NCBI GenBank assembly: GCA_963796275.1
Contig: CAWCKY010000004.1
Span: forward strand, 608,001 to 672,000
Origin: an uncultured Acidobacteriota bacterium
Lineage (GTDB): Bacteria; Acidobacteriota; Blastocatellia; RBC074
DNA length: 64,000 bases
Reading direction: 5' to 3'
Position 1 is the stretch's first letter, and each line of letters starts with the position of its first letter. Below the pieces are notes generated by a model. It saw only the letters and a list, made by a program, of their open reading frames with translations. It did no database searches and was not told the origin of the DNA. Position numbers and translations under genes: made by a program. This document shows, one piece after another, positions 23,295 through 33,797 of the stretch.

Positions 23295-24757
23295 TTGCGC
23301 CGAATAATGTCTTTTACATCTTTTTCCGCAACAGCCGGGAATTTCTGCAATATCCCGCCATCCCCTACTAACTTCTCGATCTCATCCAATTCTGAGGGCA
23401 AAAACTCAGTGAAGTTCTCCACGCCTTTCTCGGTCACAACCACGACATCCTCGTACCGAATATAAAGACTCTCTTCGGGGACGCGCAGTTGCGGATCAAT
23501 TGAGAAAACCTGACCGGGTTTGAGCACATCGCGGGTATAGCCGCCGTCGTCGTGAACTGCCATCCCGACCGGGTGTGAAAAGACGCCGCCGCCTGTTTCG
23601 ACCAACCTGCGCGCCGCTTTTTCATAAACATCCCTGGTGAACTTCGTTCGTTTGAACACCTGCTCCATCGCTATCTTGGCCTCGTCCATGATCGTCTTCA
23701 CCGTTACGTCCGGGCGGATGCGCTCGATTATTGCATTTCGGTACTCCAGAACTACCTGAAGCAACTCGCGCTGTCCGGGCGAGAACTTACCGTTAACCGG
23801 CCACATGCGAGCTATATCGCTCGTGTAATAGCCGAAGTCCGGCGCATAATCCATTAACACGAGATCGCCCTCTTTCAATCTATCCAGGTTGCGATAGTAA
23901 TGCATATTCCAGATGTTGGCCGTTCCCGCAGCAGTTATCGATCGATATCCTTCCAGGCGCGCGCCATTGATCAGAAATATGTAACGGGCCACACCGTCGA
24001 GCTGATATTCATAGATACCCGGTTTCGTACTCTTGATAGCCTCCAGTATACCCATCCCGGCGAGTTGCGATGCCCGCCTGATGAGCGAGACCTCGCGCGG
24101 GCTTTTGACGCTACGCAGCTCGTCCAATATCGGCGTTAGATCGCGCATCTCCGCGCGCGGGAAACGTGTACGCAGGAGCTGAATGAAATGAGCCTCGCGC
24201 GATACCCTTCCATCCCAGAAATCGGACGCGATCGCGGCATTCGCGGCGAGCAGTTCTCCGCGACTCTGTTCAGCCCCCTCTGACGGTGAGTAGAGCAGAT
24301 AGACAGCAGCCGACGGGCGACCCAGCAGATTACGCATCCAGTCGTAAGTCATCGCCTCTGTGCTCAGAACATGGTCGGCACCAGTCAGCCGCTTCGCCAG
24401 TACGGCGTCCGCGGCCGAGAGAATCCGGCCCTCGGCTCTCTCCAATGCCTCGTCGCGCGGCGGGAGAAAGAGGGTCATCTTGCGATTTCGACCATCAAGG
24501 ATCAGATAGGAATGAGGCGTTTCGATACCGCAGAGATAGTAGAATTCGTTCGTTTGTCGGGGATAGCTGAACCCAAGAGCTTGGGGCGCCCCCTGCACAA
24601 TCGCGATGGAGCGATCGCCCATCTTCTCGAAAACCTTCTGCCAGCGCGCCTTGAACTCCTCGGGCGGAAAATGCGATTGGTAATAGGGTTCCGCCGTCTG
24701 ACCGAATATCAGAGTTGAGAGCAATACGGGAAAAATCCCCCAGCTACATTTCCTCAT
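23291..24757 (-). CDS. Xaa-Pro aminopeptidase (M24B), secreted
   Basis: RQTNEFYYLCG, LRSVKS..E, YTSDIARMWP, HPVGMAVHD, RYEDVVVV; likely start MRKCSW at 24757. Confidence 0.88.
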
Positions 24758-24977
24758 TTTGAATCCTCTGTGACCGGCTGAATTAGAACAGTTGTAAAGC
24801 CATCTACTTTTTCCCAGGAAACCTAAACTACAAAACGCGCAAATCGCGCAATACAAGAATACCGGGAACTCCCTCAGTTCATAGAAGAATGCGAGATCAT
24901 GCATACTCGACCCTGTTTATCGGGTTCTCCCGTAGAACGATCATTTACTCACCCGCCGCCCAGGATTGATATGCTGC

Positions 24978-25030
24978 CCGCCTGAAGGCGGAGCTCCGAG
25001 CATTTTGTAGTTCCGTGTTTACGCGGTCTT
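24978..25030. repeat. Isolated REP doublet of the family flanking the 59111 transposase
   Basis: CCGCCTGAAGGCGGAGCTCC followed by GTAGTTCCGTGTTTACGCGGTCTT, matching the units at 59870-60175. Confidence 0.75.
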
Positions 25031-25048
25031 CATTATCGTGAAAAATAA

Positions 25049-26707
25049 TTACTTCCCGGTTGAACCCTGCCCGTTCGCCGCCGTCTTGAGCCGCTCCTGT
25101 TTCTGCTTCTGGACCATACGCGCGACATCGGCCAGGAGCTTCTTCGTGTCGTAAACGATCCCGTCCTTTATCGTCCATTTGACGCCGCCGACCCATTCCC
25201 CCTTACCAGTCGCGTCGTTGAGTTTGAGCGCGCCCGTCCCATAAAGCACCTTGAGATTCTCGAGCGGGTTCCGGTCGACGATAACCAGGTCGGCGAGCAG
25301 CCCCGCCCTCACGACGCCGAATTCGATCGGCTTTCTTTTCGGCTCGTGCAGCGTCAGCGCCGGATTCATCGTGGTCGCCTGAAGTACCTCCAGCGGGTGG
25401 AACCCTGCCTCCTGTAAGAGTTCGAGCTCGTGGATGTGGCCGAATCCATAAGTGTTATAGATGAAAGCCGCATCTTCGCTGGCTGTGACGCGACCGCCCA
25501 TCTTCTTGTAGTCGTTCAGCAAACGAAACCATACCTGATAGAAGTTCCGCCACGCGATCTCCTCCGCCGTGGTCCAGTAAAACCAGTAGGATCCGTGGTT
25601 GGTCCGGCTCGGCTCGTAGAAATCCATAAGCGATGGCAGTGTGTATCTGTCGTGCCAGTCGGCATTGCGCATACGCATCAAGTCGCGGCTCGCGGCGTAT
25701 GCGGTCATCGTCGGGTCGAACGTCGTACCGAGTTTGAGATGCGCTTTGAGATATTCATTCCATTCGGGGCTGCCGGGTTGGTGAATCTTGTCCCACAACC
25801 GCGCCACCTGGCCGAAACGCATCTGCTCGTCGTTGTTGATCTGGTCTACCGGCCATGGTTGCACCACGTAATCCTTGAGCAGCGCCTCGAAATGGCCATA
25901 GAAGTGGGTGACGGTGCCGAGCCCCAACTCGGCCGCCTTGAGCGCGTTCATTTGCGCGACCCCCGTCTGTCCGAGATGCGCCGTCGAGCCCATGCCATGT
26001 TTTTTGGCTTCATCGAGCAGCGCAGCCATTATCTCGGGACGGTGTGATCCCAGCTTCAATCCATCAACTCCATTGGTGGCGGCCCACTGAACCCACGCGC
26101 GCGCGGATGCGGGAGAATCTACCCGGCCTTTGTCCCAGCCGCTTCCCGGGCGCTGGTAGTTGAATATCCTGGGAGCGACGATCTCATTGCGCGCGCTTCG
26201 CTCCTTCTCCTTGACCGCGATCTGGTTCGAACTGAGCGGGACACCACGAACCGTCGTGATGCCATGCGCCAGCCAGAGCTTGTATGGGTATTCCGCATCG
26301 GGATTTTTCGGCCCGCCACCGGCGTGGACATGGAGGTCGACCAGCCCCGGCAAAACATACATTCCGGTCGCGTCAATTTCGAGGTCCGGATTCTGCGGCT
26401 CCCGATTCGTCTTAAGCGGTACGCCCGGCGTTCCGGCGCTGCGGACCGCATCGATGCGATTGTTCACAATGACGATGTCAACCGGCCCCTGGGGAGGCGC
26501 TCCCGTTCCGTCAATCAGGATGGCGCCGCGAATAACCAGAGTCTTGAACGGTCCGCGACCTTCGTCCGAACCGCGGTTCGGCGCGGCGTTTAACTGCGGA
26601 GGCGCCGGCGGATCCTGACCGATCGCATTTGTCTCGGGTAACGAACTGAGCGCAAGCGCAAAGACGCTCGCAACTATCAGAAGAGTGATAGGCCGTTTTC
26701 CTGGCAT
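25049..26707 (-). CDS. Amidohydrolase-family metallohydrolase
   Basis: LIDGTG, VLPGLVDLHVH, GITTVR, LQATTMNPA, G..ADLVIVD.NPL. Confidence 0.9.
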   Translation of the reverse strand: MPGKRPITLLIVASVFALALSSLPETNAIGQDPPAPPQLNAAPNRGSDEGRGPFKTLVIRGAILIDGTGAPPQGPVDIVIVNNRIDAVRSAGTPGVPLKTNREPQNPDLEIDATGMYVLPGLVDLHVHAGGGPKNPDAEYPYKLWLAHGITTVRGVPLSSNQIAVKEKERSARNEIVAPRIFNYQRPGSGWDKGRVDSPASARAWVQWAATNGVDGLKLGSHRPEIMAALLDEAKKHGMGSTAHLGQTGVAQMNALKAAELGLGTVTHFYGHFEALLKDYVVQPWPVDQINNDEQMRFGQVARLWDKIHQPGSPEWNEYLKAHLKLGTTFDPTMTAYAASRDLMRMRNADWHDRYTLPSLMDFYEPSRTNHGSYWFYWTTAEEIAWRNFYQVWFRLLNDYKKMGGRVTASEDAAFIYNTYGFGHIHELELLQEAGFHPLEVLQATTMNPALTLHEPKRKPIEFGVVRAGLLADLVIVDRNPLENLKVLYGTGALKLNDATGKGEWVGGVKWTIKDGIVYDTKKLLADVARMVQKQKQERLKTAANGQGSTGK

Positions 26708-27338
26708 ATATATGAACCTCCGGGTTGATTTGTTTTTTGGTGAATTGCCATCGCGACGAACCGAAACACTTTCGCCACAAGTAGTGCATCTGATGACACG
26801 GTATGTCTTGTACGAACAAAGAATTTTTGTATCAGCTTAGTGTTGTTTGATTGATGGTACTGATCGCTGATAATGATGTTCGCAGTGAGAAACTTAGCAG
26901 CGGGCGGCGGTCAAATCAATCTCATTCAAGGCAAATCTGCATCTAGGGAAAATCCCTATCGATTCTTCGCATAATCCTAATTGCTTAGAAATCACTATCT
27001 ATGAAACAATTCTATTGTCACTGGTAAAACGTCATTCATTATAGATTTGCTAAAGTTGTTCTCCGGCTGCTTGAGATGGCTCATAACCCGAGGAATAATT
27101 TATATCCAGTGCTATCCCCCGATCCCTGAAATCATTCATCATTTTTTTAGTGAGAGAATGATAGAAGCGAATTCCGGCGCGAATTCGTTGCGGGGCGTGA
27201 GCGCAGGCTGTTGCAGCAGTCCGACCGTGTTAGGTTTTTGGTCCACGGCGACGGTTTCTTGCAGCAACCTCCCCCCTGGCTGACGCACCTGGAATACGGA
27301 AACGCGCCGGATACCATGTTTTATTGCGGATAACTCCC

Positions 27339-27516
27339 ATTAGCCGGTGAATCAATCGTTGTTGGTAATGCACCTCCATACATTACCGCGGCACCTGGAC
27401 CCCTGGGCCATTGTTCCCTCCGGATCCTAAATGGCCCAGGACTCCCAATGGTCAGAAAATTTGCAAGGACAGTCCTCCCAACTGGTATCTGTCATGCATT
27501 TGATTCACCGGCTAAT
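27339..27516. ncRNA. Candidate structured small RNA (17-bp closing stem, three internal hairpins with CCUCC loops)
   Basis: ATTAGCCGGTGAATCAA / TTGATTCACCGGCTAAT; inner stems GGTAATG/CATTACC, CCTGGGCCATT/AATGGCCCAGG and GACAG/CTGTC. Confidence 0.4.
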
Positions 27517-27628
27517 CCTCTTCCTCGACACTGGCTGAAAACGGTTGAGGTATCGAGACGAGAGACTATTCACTCCGTATGCCAGACTGGGGACGCTGCC
27601 AAACATTGAGGCTGCTGTTCGGGTTTTA

Positions 27629-28246
27629 TCAAAATGCCACTTTGATCACGTGAGCCACTTTTTTGCCCGCATCCTCAGTGTAGTGCACAGTAACATTTCC
27701 TCCTTCTTTAACGGCTTTGCCGGCAGCTTCTGATCCTGCAGCGACACCTTTACCTGTATCCACGACAGTATCCTTAGAGAGGTGGTAAACCTCTTCCGAT
27801 CCATCGGCTGTTTTCACAGCGACCGTGTGTCCGGCCTTATCTACCTTGGTAATTGTGCCTGAGGCAACCTTGGGAGCCTCCGAACCGAGATATTTGAAGC
27901 TGTCAGCCGTCTTTTCTGTGCCTTTTTCCGTGTAGTGAATGACGAATTGCGATCCCTCCTTTCCGGCGAGGGCAGCCATCTTAGCCCCACCCTCGACGCC
28001 TTGGACGGTCGTTTTTTCGCTTACTTTGAAAACCTCTTCGGTCCCATCTGACAGCTTAACCACCGCCGTCTTACTTGCGGCATCGAATTTCTTGAGTTCC
28101 CCGACGACAACGTTCTTCGCGAAGTGATTTACATTCAGGGGACCTGATGTGGCGCCCGAAGGGTGCGCCGCAATAATCGATAGGGCACAAGAGAACAGCA
28201 TTACACGAACTATTTTGAAAATAGGTCGCTCCATAATTTTAGTCAT
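27629..28246 (-). CDS. Secreted protein with two internal OB-fold-like repeats
   Basis: Signal peptide; duplicated motif G.I.K.D....T.AVK..DG.EEV..LS..T.V....K.G..V.VHYTE; AAGGAGG RBS. Confidence 0.75.
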   Translation of the reverse strand: MTKIMERPIFKIVRVMLFSCALSIIAAHPSGATSGPLNVNHFAKNVVVGELKKFDAASKTAVVKLSDGTEEVFKVSEKTTVQGVEGGAKMAALAGKEGSQFVIHYTEKGTEKTADSFKYLGSEAPKVASGTITKVDKAGHTVAVKTADGSEEVYHLSKDTVVDTGKGVAAGSEAAGKAVKEGGNVTVHYTEDAGKKVAHVIKVAF

Positions 28247-28342
28247 AATCCCTCCTTAATTTCCTCCTGAAAAATTAGAGCAGGTTCTCTCCTGCCCTGC
28301 TTCCCCAACTTGAACAGGCTAGAAAACCTGCCCCAAACATGT

Positions 28343-30055
28343 TTATTTCAAAATCAAAACTGCCATCTTGCCATCCGTTTCCAACCTGTCGCCGGTTGCA
28401 TTCATACTTTCTCTGGGCGCAGCGGGCCGATCGACCAAGGCATGGTCCTTAACGAGACCAGTGAAGAACAGATCATTGACTACCTTGGCCCGCTCCCGGT
28501 CGATCTTCGGGTCGATCCGATGAATCCAAGATGTACCTTCACGATGGACAGCGATTCCGATATCGTGAGTAGCTGCTGCCACCCAGACATCCTGCCCCTG
28601 GTAACTCTGCGGGCGTTTCCAGATGCGTATGTGATGCCGTTTAGCGAAAGTGTCATTCTGCTTCTGGAAAACCAGGTCAGGGCTCCGCCCGTCCAGCAAT
28701 AGCAAAGACATGGGACCGCTTTTATAACCTTTATCCTCCGCCACCGCCGCAAATGTCTTGATGCCGGAGATCAGACTCAGTTTCACCGGATCCTCCCAAC
28801 CGGCCTGATTAAAGGCACCTTCAATCTTTTCGCGGGTTCCGATAAACATCAGGTTGGTCAAATCTGACGGGACGTTACTCGATGTCTTCGTCTGCATCGG
28901 CTCTGCGTCCACCAGTTCGATCAGTTGGGGAGAAGGGTTGAACGATGGCCAGGGTTTCCCTCCGATCTCCGCCAACTTCGCAGGCGCGAGAACGGAAAGT
29001 CGCATCTCTACACCGGGGCCGTAGTCGATATCCCTTTTGTACTCTTTATCGCGAGCGAAAGCTCCCGCCTGAAATGCGTAGGCCAGTATTGGATTGGCCA
29101 GAGTTATCATCTTCGCACCCCAGGTGAACTTTGAGCCATTCGGATGGGCTATGCCGATAATGCGCCCTCCCTCAACCGTCTCTTTGGCGTTATCCACATC
29201 GACCAGCCTGGTCACGATCCGAGTTCTGGCGCCATCTGGATAAACCAGGTAGGGAAAATCGATAATCAGTTGCGCCCGCCGGTAATCGTTATAGGCTTTC
29301 AGCGCTAAAATCACGGTCCCGTGAACAATGGTTCCCGGCGCGATTACGACACGATCGCCGATCTTGACCGGCTCAATAATCACCGCATCGACCGGATCAC
29401 CGCCTCGCGATACATGACTCCCCACCTGGTTAACCAGCCGAATATTAAGCTCGGTGCCGGCCGGCAGATCGAAAGATAACTCAGAGCGAATTTTGCCGAG
29501 GTCGCCGGCTAATGATGCGGTTGATAACTGATGCACGAAGGAATCGAGCAGTTCGTTCTCATCCTTGCCGGCTCCGTTGCGGGCACTATTATCCAAAAGT
29601 AAAAAGAGAATCTCGTCATTTGGAGAGACTTCCTGGAAATCCAGGGCGGTGTTGCCGTATTCGTCTTCCCTGTTGATCGTTACGCCCCGCGAGATCAGCA
29701 GATCCGCCAGATCGAGATACGCTCGCACGAGCTTGCGATCCTGAGCATACATTGCACCTATAACCGTCCAATGCAGTGCTGTGCGGCCACGCGCATCTGT
29801 CGCATTCACCCGGGCGCCTTCCGCAAGTAGTTGTTTGGCCTGGTCCAGGTGATGCAACGAATCTTTGCTCTTCTCTTGGCGAGAGGCCTGATAGATCGCA
29901 TCAAGCAGAGGATCGACCTCTCCCCCGCTGCGAGTCCCTGCCGTAGCATCCTGCGCCAGTTGATTGTTGCGCGCTCGCACCCGCTGATTGGCTAAAAATA
30001 CGCCACTAGACACTACAAGTAATATGATTAGTGACCCAACCATCTTTCTGTCCAT
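28343..30055 (-). CDS. Ankyrin repeat + TrbI-like + LssY C-terminal domain protein
   Basis: Ankyrin GRTALHW and GNTALD; LPAGTELNIRL...VIAPGT.V.G.V module; LssY_C-like NLMFIG, KRHHIRIW, ATHDIG, HRIDPKIDRER. Confidence 0.75.
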   Translation of the reverse strand: MDRKMVGSLIILLVVSSGVFLANQRVRARNNQLAQDATAGTRSGGEVDPLLDAIYQASRQEKSKDSLHHLDQAKQLLAEGARVNATDARGRTALHWTVIGAMYAQDRKLVRAYLDLADLLISRGVTINREDEYGNTALDFQEVSPNDEILFLLLDNSARNGAGKDENELLDSFVHQLSTASLAGDLGKIRSELSFDLPAGTELNIRLVNQVGSHVSRGGDPVDAVIIEPVKIGDRVVIAPGTIVHGTVILALKAYNDYRRAQLIIDFPYLVYPDGARTRIVTRLVDVDNAKETVEGGRIIGIAHPNGSKFTWGAKMITLANPILAYAFQAGAFARDKEYKRDIDYGPGVEMRLSVLAPAKLAEIGGKPWPSFNPSPQLIELVDAEPMQTKTSSNVPSDLTNLMFIGTREKIEGAFNQAGWEDPVKLSLISGIKTFAAVAEDKGYKSGPMSLLLLDGRSPDLVFQKQNDTFAKRHHIRIWKRPQSYQGQDVWVAAATHDIGIAVHREGTSWIHRIDPKIDRERAKVVNDLFFTGLVKDHALVDRPAAPRESMNATGDRLETDGKMAVLILK

Positions 30056-30092
30056 AACTCCTCTTCGGCAGAGATTTATCTCATAAAATATA

Positions 30093-30108
30093 TGCGAGCC
30101 TTATGCCA
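30093..30108 (-). promoter_or_regulatory. Candidate sigma-54 (-24/-12) promoter
   Basis: Minus strand TGGCATAAGGCTCGCA with GG-N10-GC spacing, about 40 nt upstream of the 30055 start. Confidence 0.4.
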
Positions 30109-30447
30109 GCATCTTCTCCGTCACCGTTCGTCACGCTAATATTGTGATAATTGAACTTAGATGATATATTGCAAAAAAAGTGCGGTGATCCGAGTTATTG
30201 CAACCGTGAAATATCAAGAAACCTCGATATTTCACGACTCTCACCAATTGAGACAGAATAGATTGCTTGCCCCCTCTAAAGTTACCGAAGCATTTGCCAA
30301 AACAAATATTGTTATGGAAAAAAATAATATTAACGAATGATTCACTACCTTCCTTTTGAAATGTATCTGGCTATATAAGATATCTGCTGAGACGCATCGG
30401 TACTCGGTAAAGATCTGGTTCATCTGTAAACAACAAGGAGGAATTTC

Positions 30448-31005
30448 ATGACTCGACTGGAAAAAGCAACGAATGTGGCGATTATTGTCGCATGTCTGTT
30501 CCTGGTCGGAACGCTGGTGAGAAATTACTATCTCAGCCAGAACTCTGATGTATCCGCGTTGCCCGAAATTTCAAAAGGTACGGAGATCAAGTTGCCGACA
30601 ACGTCTTCCAGCGGCCAGCAGTCTTTGGTACCGACTCTGGTGTTTGCACTATCGAAGAGTTGCCATTTCTGCGAAGAGAGTGTGCCGTTTTATCAAAAAC
30701 TGACGGCATTCAAGAACTCCGCTCCGCAGGGGATACGGTTTGTGGTGGTAATGCCCGAAAAACAGGAGGAGGCGGAGGCCTATCTCAAAGGGAACGGGAT
30801 CGGGGTCGATGCGGTGGTCTCGATGCAGGTGTCGAATCTCGGCGTGCGAGGGACACCGACGCTGTTGCTGCTCGACGGGCAGAACAAGCTCGAGGAGATG
30901 TGGGTAGGGAAGATGAACGACGCGGGGGAGTCGCAGGTGATTGACCGGTTGAAGAAAGCATGTGGGAGTTGCTCACTTCCAGGGACTGCCGTCTCGGCAC
31001 AATAA
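30448..31005 (+). CDS. Membrane-anchored thioredoxin-fold protein
   Basis: N-terminal TM helix, CHFC motif, GTPTLLL cis-Pro loop; AAGGAGG RBS. Confidence 0.8.
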   Translation: MTRLEKATNVAIIVACLFLVGTLVRNYYLSQNSDVSALPEISKGTEIKLPTTSSSGQQSLVPTLVFALSKSCHFCEESVPFYQKLTAFKNSAPQGIRFVVVMPEKQEEAEAYLKGNGIGVDAVVSMQVSNLGVRGTPTLLLLDGQNKLEEMWVGKMNDAGESQVIDRLKKACGSCSLPGTAVSAQ

Positions 31006-31073
31006 GTCAGAAAACAACTATAAAAATATAAACACCTTCCGCATTCACTTTTGATTTCCGGTTGTTGATTTCT

Positions 31074-33020
31074 CTATATAGTCCGGAGCATCAGCTTGAC
31101 GACGTGGCGGTTGAATCTGGTCGGGTCGGGGATGTCCGAACCTTCGGCCAGCAGCGAATAACCCAACAGCAATTCAGCATATTCTCCCAGAGCTTCGTCT
31201 TCATTATTTTGTTGGTAACGATCTAGCATCCTGGTGAATAAATCATGGTTGGGATTCAATTCGAGTACACGGCGCTGCATCGGTCCTCCGCCTTTTCCTT
31301 TCATCAAAAGGCGCTCGACTTGAGGGCTATGATCTATCTCAGCGCCAACGACCAGGCACGCGGGTGAAGAGACCAATCGCGTTGTGAGGCGCACTTGTTT
31401 GACGTGTTCATCGAGGGATTTTTGCAGCAATTGCAGAAATCCGGACGTCTCCTCTTCCTTTTGCTGAAGCGCTTCCTGAGTTTTTTTCTGCTCTTCCTCG
31501 CTCCCCAGCTTGATCGTTCCCTTCCCCAATGATTTGAGTTTCTTCCCCTCGAAGTCCATCAGCGACTGCACGAGCAATTCGTCGACCGGTTCTACCAGAT
31601 AGAGCACCTCGAAGCCCTTCTCCTTAACCGCTTCGAGATGCGGCGAGTTTTCAACAACACTTCGGGACTCTCCGGTGAGATAGTAGATATCAGTTTGCCC
31701 ATCTTTCATCCGTTCGACGTAATCTTTAAGCGTCGTCAATTGCATGGGATCGTTGGAGGATTGAAAGAGGAGGAGCGAGACGATTCGATCTCGATTGTCA
31801 TAATCTTCACCGACCCCTTCCTTGAGCGCCCGTCCGAATTGATCCCAAAATTTGAGATACCCCTCATATTCTTTCTCCTTCACCTCCAGCAGGGTATCCA
31901 GCACTTTCTTGGTGAGCCATTTCCGGATCTGGGCGATATGTCGATCCTGCTGCAGCATCTGGCGTGAGATATTGAGCGGCAGGTCGGCAGAATCGACCAC
32001 ACCGTTGATAAATCGTAAATATCTGGGAAGGAGGCCGTCACACCGCTCCATGATCATTACACGCCTGGCGTAAAGGCGAAGCCCGCGCTCGGCGCCGTGA
32101 TAGTAAAGATCGTAAGGCGCTTTTGCGGGGATGAAGAGCAAAGCCTGATACTCGACCTTGCCTTCGGCCTTGAGCGGGATCGTCTTGAACGGCTCGGTCC
32201 AATCGTGTGAGATATGCCGGTGGAAGTCGGCATATTCGCTCTCTGTGATCTCACCCTGGCTGCGGCTCCAGATGGGTTTCATGGAGTTGAGAGTCTTGTC
32301 CTCAATCACGTAAGTAGGCTGAGCATCCGGTTTCACTTCGCCGAATTGCCCCGTCTCCTCGCGCTCGAATTTGCAATTGATCGGGTAAGAAACAAAATCG
32401 GAGTATCGTCTGACGATGCGCGAGAGAACCCATTGATCGGTGAAGTCCTCGATGCCGTTCTCGGCGTCTGCCGGTTTGAGGTGAAGCGTAATGGTTGTGC
32501 CGCGTCCCGGGCGTTCAGACTCAGACAGTTTATAAGTGCCGTCTCCGGTCGATTCCCATAGCGTCGCTGCAGTCTCGCCCGCCCTGCGGGTCACCAGGGT
32601 GACTTTGTCAGCCACCATGAACGAGGAGTAGAAGCCGACCCCGAATTGGCCGATGAACTCGGCCAGCAACTGGCTCGATTGGGCCTCTTTCAGCTTCTCG
32701 CGCATTTCACGGGTTCCGGATTTCGCGATCGTCCCGATATTGGCGATCACCTCATCACGGCTCATGCCGATCCCCGTGTCGGAAATCGATAGAATTCTCT
32801 GACCCGGGTCTGACTCCAGACGGATCTCGTAACGGTCATCTCCATCGATAAGAGACGGCTCTGTCAGGGCCTCAAACCGCAATCTGTCGAGCGCATCGGA
32901 GGCATTGGAAATAAGTTCTCGAAGAAATATTTCTTTATTGGTGTAGAGCGAATGAATCATCAGATCGAGAAGTTGCCTGGTCTCGGCCTGGAATTGGAAT
33001 TCTTGCATCTTTGGTACCAT
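31074..33020 (-). CDS. htpG: Molecular chaperone HtpG (Hsp90)
   Basis: FQAETRQLLDLMIHSLYTNKEIFLRELISNASDALD, IGQFGVGFYSSF, LPLNISR. Confidence 0.97.
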   Translation of the reverse strand: MVPKMQEFQFQAETRQLLDLMIHSLYTNKEIFLRELISNASDALDRLRFEALTEPSLIDGDDRYEIRLESDPGQRILSISDTGIGMSRDEVIANIGTIAKSGTREMREKLKEAQSSQLLAEFIGQFGVGFYSSFMVADKVTLVTRRAGETAATLWESTGDGTYKLSESERPGRGTTITLHLKPADAENGIEDFTDQWVLSRIVRRYSDFVSYPINCKFEREETGQFGEVKPDAQPTYVIEDKTLNSMKPIWSRSQGEITESEYADFHRHISHDWTEPFKTIPLKAEGKVEYQALLFIPAKAPYDLYYHGAERGLRLYARRVMIMERCDGLLPRYLRFINGVVDSADLPLNISRQMLQQDRHIAQIRKWLTKKVLDTLLEVKEKEYEGYLKFWDQFGRALKEGVGEDYDNRDRIVSLLLFQSSNDPMQLTTLKDYVERMKDGQTDIYYLTGESRSVVENSPHLEAVKEKGFEVLYLVEPVDELLVQSLMDFEGKKLKSLGKGTIKLGSEEEQKKTQEALQQKEEETSGFLQLLQKSLDEHVKQVRLTTRLVSSPACLVVGAEIDHSPQVERLLMKGKGGGPMQRRVLELNPNHDLFTRMLDRYQQNNEDEALGEYAELLLGYSLLAEGSDIPDPTRFNRHVVKLMLRTI

Positions 33021-33035
33021 TGGGTCCTCGCTTGC

Positions 33036-33794
33036 TTAACGAACGGTAACCTCATTCAAGTCCCGTGCTAGCTGCTGAAGTAAAAGAGATTGAGAGGATC
33101 GCAGAAAGAAATGATCGCCGGGCAGCATATGCAGTTTAAACCCGGACGCGGTCTGTTCCTTCCATTTCAACATCAGGTCGTTGGTCTCTTCGTCGTCATA
33201 CATTCCGCAAAAGGCGAATATGGGACATTGAAGCGGTCCGCCCTCGGTATATTCGTAGCTTTGAACCAACTGAAAATCGCCTCTGAGCATGGGGATCATC
33301 AGCTCCATAAGTTCGGCGTTTTCCAACACCTCACTGGGAGTGCCGTCGATCCTTCTCAGCTCTTCTATAAATTCATCGTGCGGCAGGTTATATGTAACTG
33401 GATCGGTGTCCGGGACGTGCGGCGCTCGGCGGCCCGACGGGAAAAGCGCGTGCGGTCCGCGTCCGGTTGTGCGGTGCAGATATCTCGCCAGTTCGAAGGC
33501 TATGACAGCACCCATACTATGGCCGTAGAAAGCGAAGGGTGCATCAAGCAGCGGCGCCATCGCATCGGCAAGAGCGCTTACCAGGGGAGTGACGGCGACA
33601 AAGGGAGGTTCGCTTAAACGCCCCCCTCGTCCCGGCAGTTCGACTGGTATTACCTGGATAGTTGTGGGGAGATGTTTCGCCCAATTCCTGTAGATTGAGG
33701 CTGTTCCTCCGGCATAGGGGAAACAGAAAAGTTTTAATTCGACGCGTCCGCGCGCGTTATAGTTCGGGAACCAGGCACCAGGTGCTTTCATCAT
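33036..33794 (-). CDS. Type II thioesterase (NRPS/PKS editing, GrsT/SrfAD-like)
   Basis: LFCFPYAGG, GHSMGA nucleophile, PGDHFF. Confidence 0.92.
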   Translation of the reverse strand: MMKAPGAWFPNYNARGRVELKLFCFPYAGGTASIYRNWAKHLPTTIQVIPVELPGRGGRLSEPPFVAVTPLVSALADAMAPLLDAPFAFYGHSMGAVIAFELARYLHRTTGRGPHALFPSGRRAPHVPDTDPVTYNLPHDEFIEELRRIDGTPSEVLENAELMELMIPMLRGDFQLVQSYEYTEGGPLQCPIFAFCGMYDDEETNDLMLKWKEQTASGFKLHMLPGDHFFLRSSQSLLLQQLARDLNEVTVR

Positions 33795-33797
33795 AGA

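Noticed and set aside
27047-27283. 78-aa plus-strand ORF
   Set aside because: TTG start, no RBS, no motifs; overlaps the predicted hairpin
27339-27516. Retron msr-msd (a1/a2 inverted repeats)
   Set aside because: No reverse transcriptase in the window; kept only as a generic structured RNA candidate
30205-30236. 11-bp inverted repeat CGTGAAATATC/GATATTTCACG as a terminator
   Set aside because: It lies between divergent genes and lacks a U tract; could be an operator but cannot be assigned
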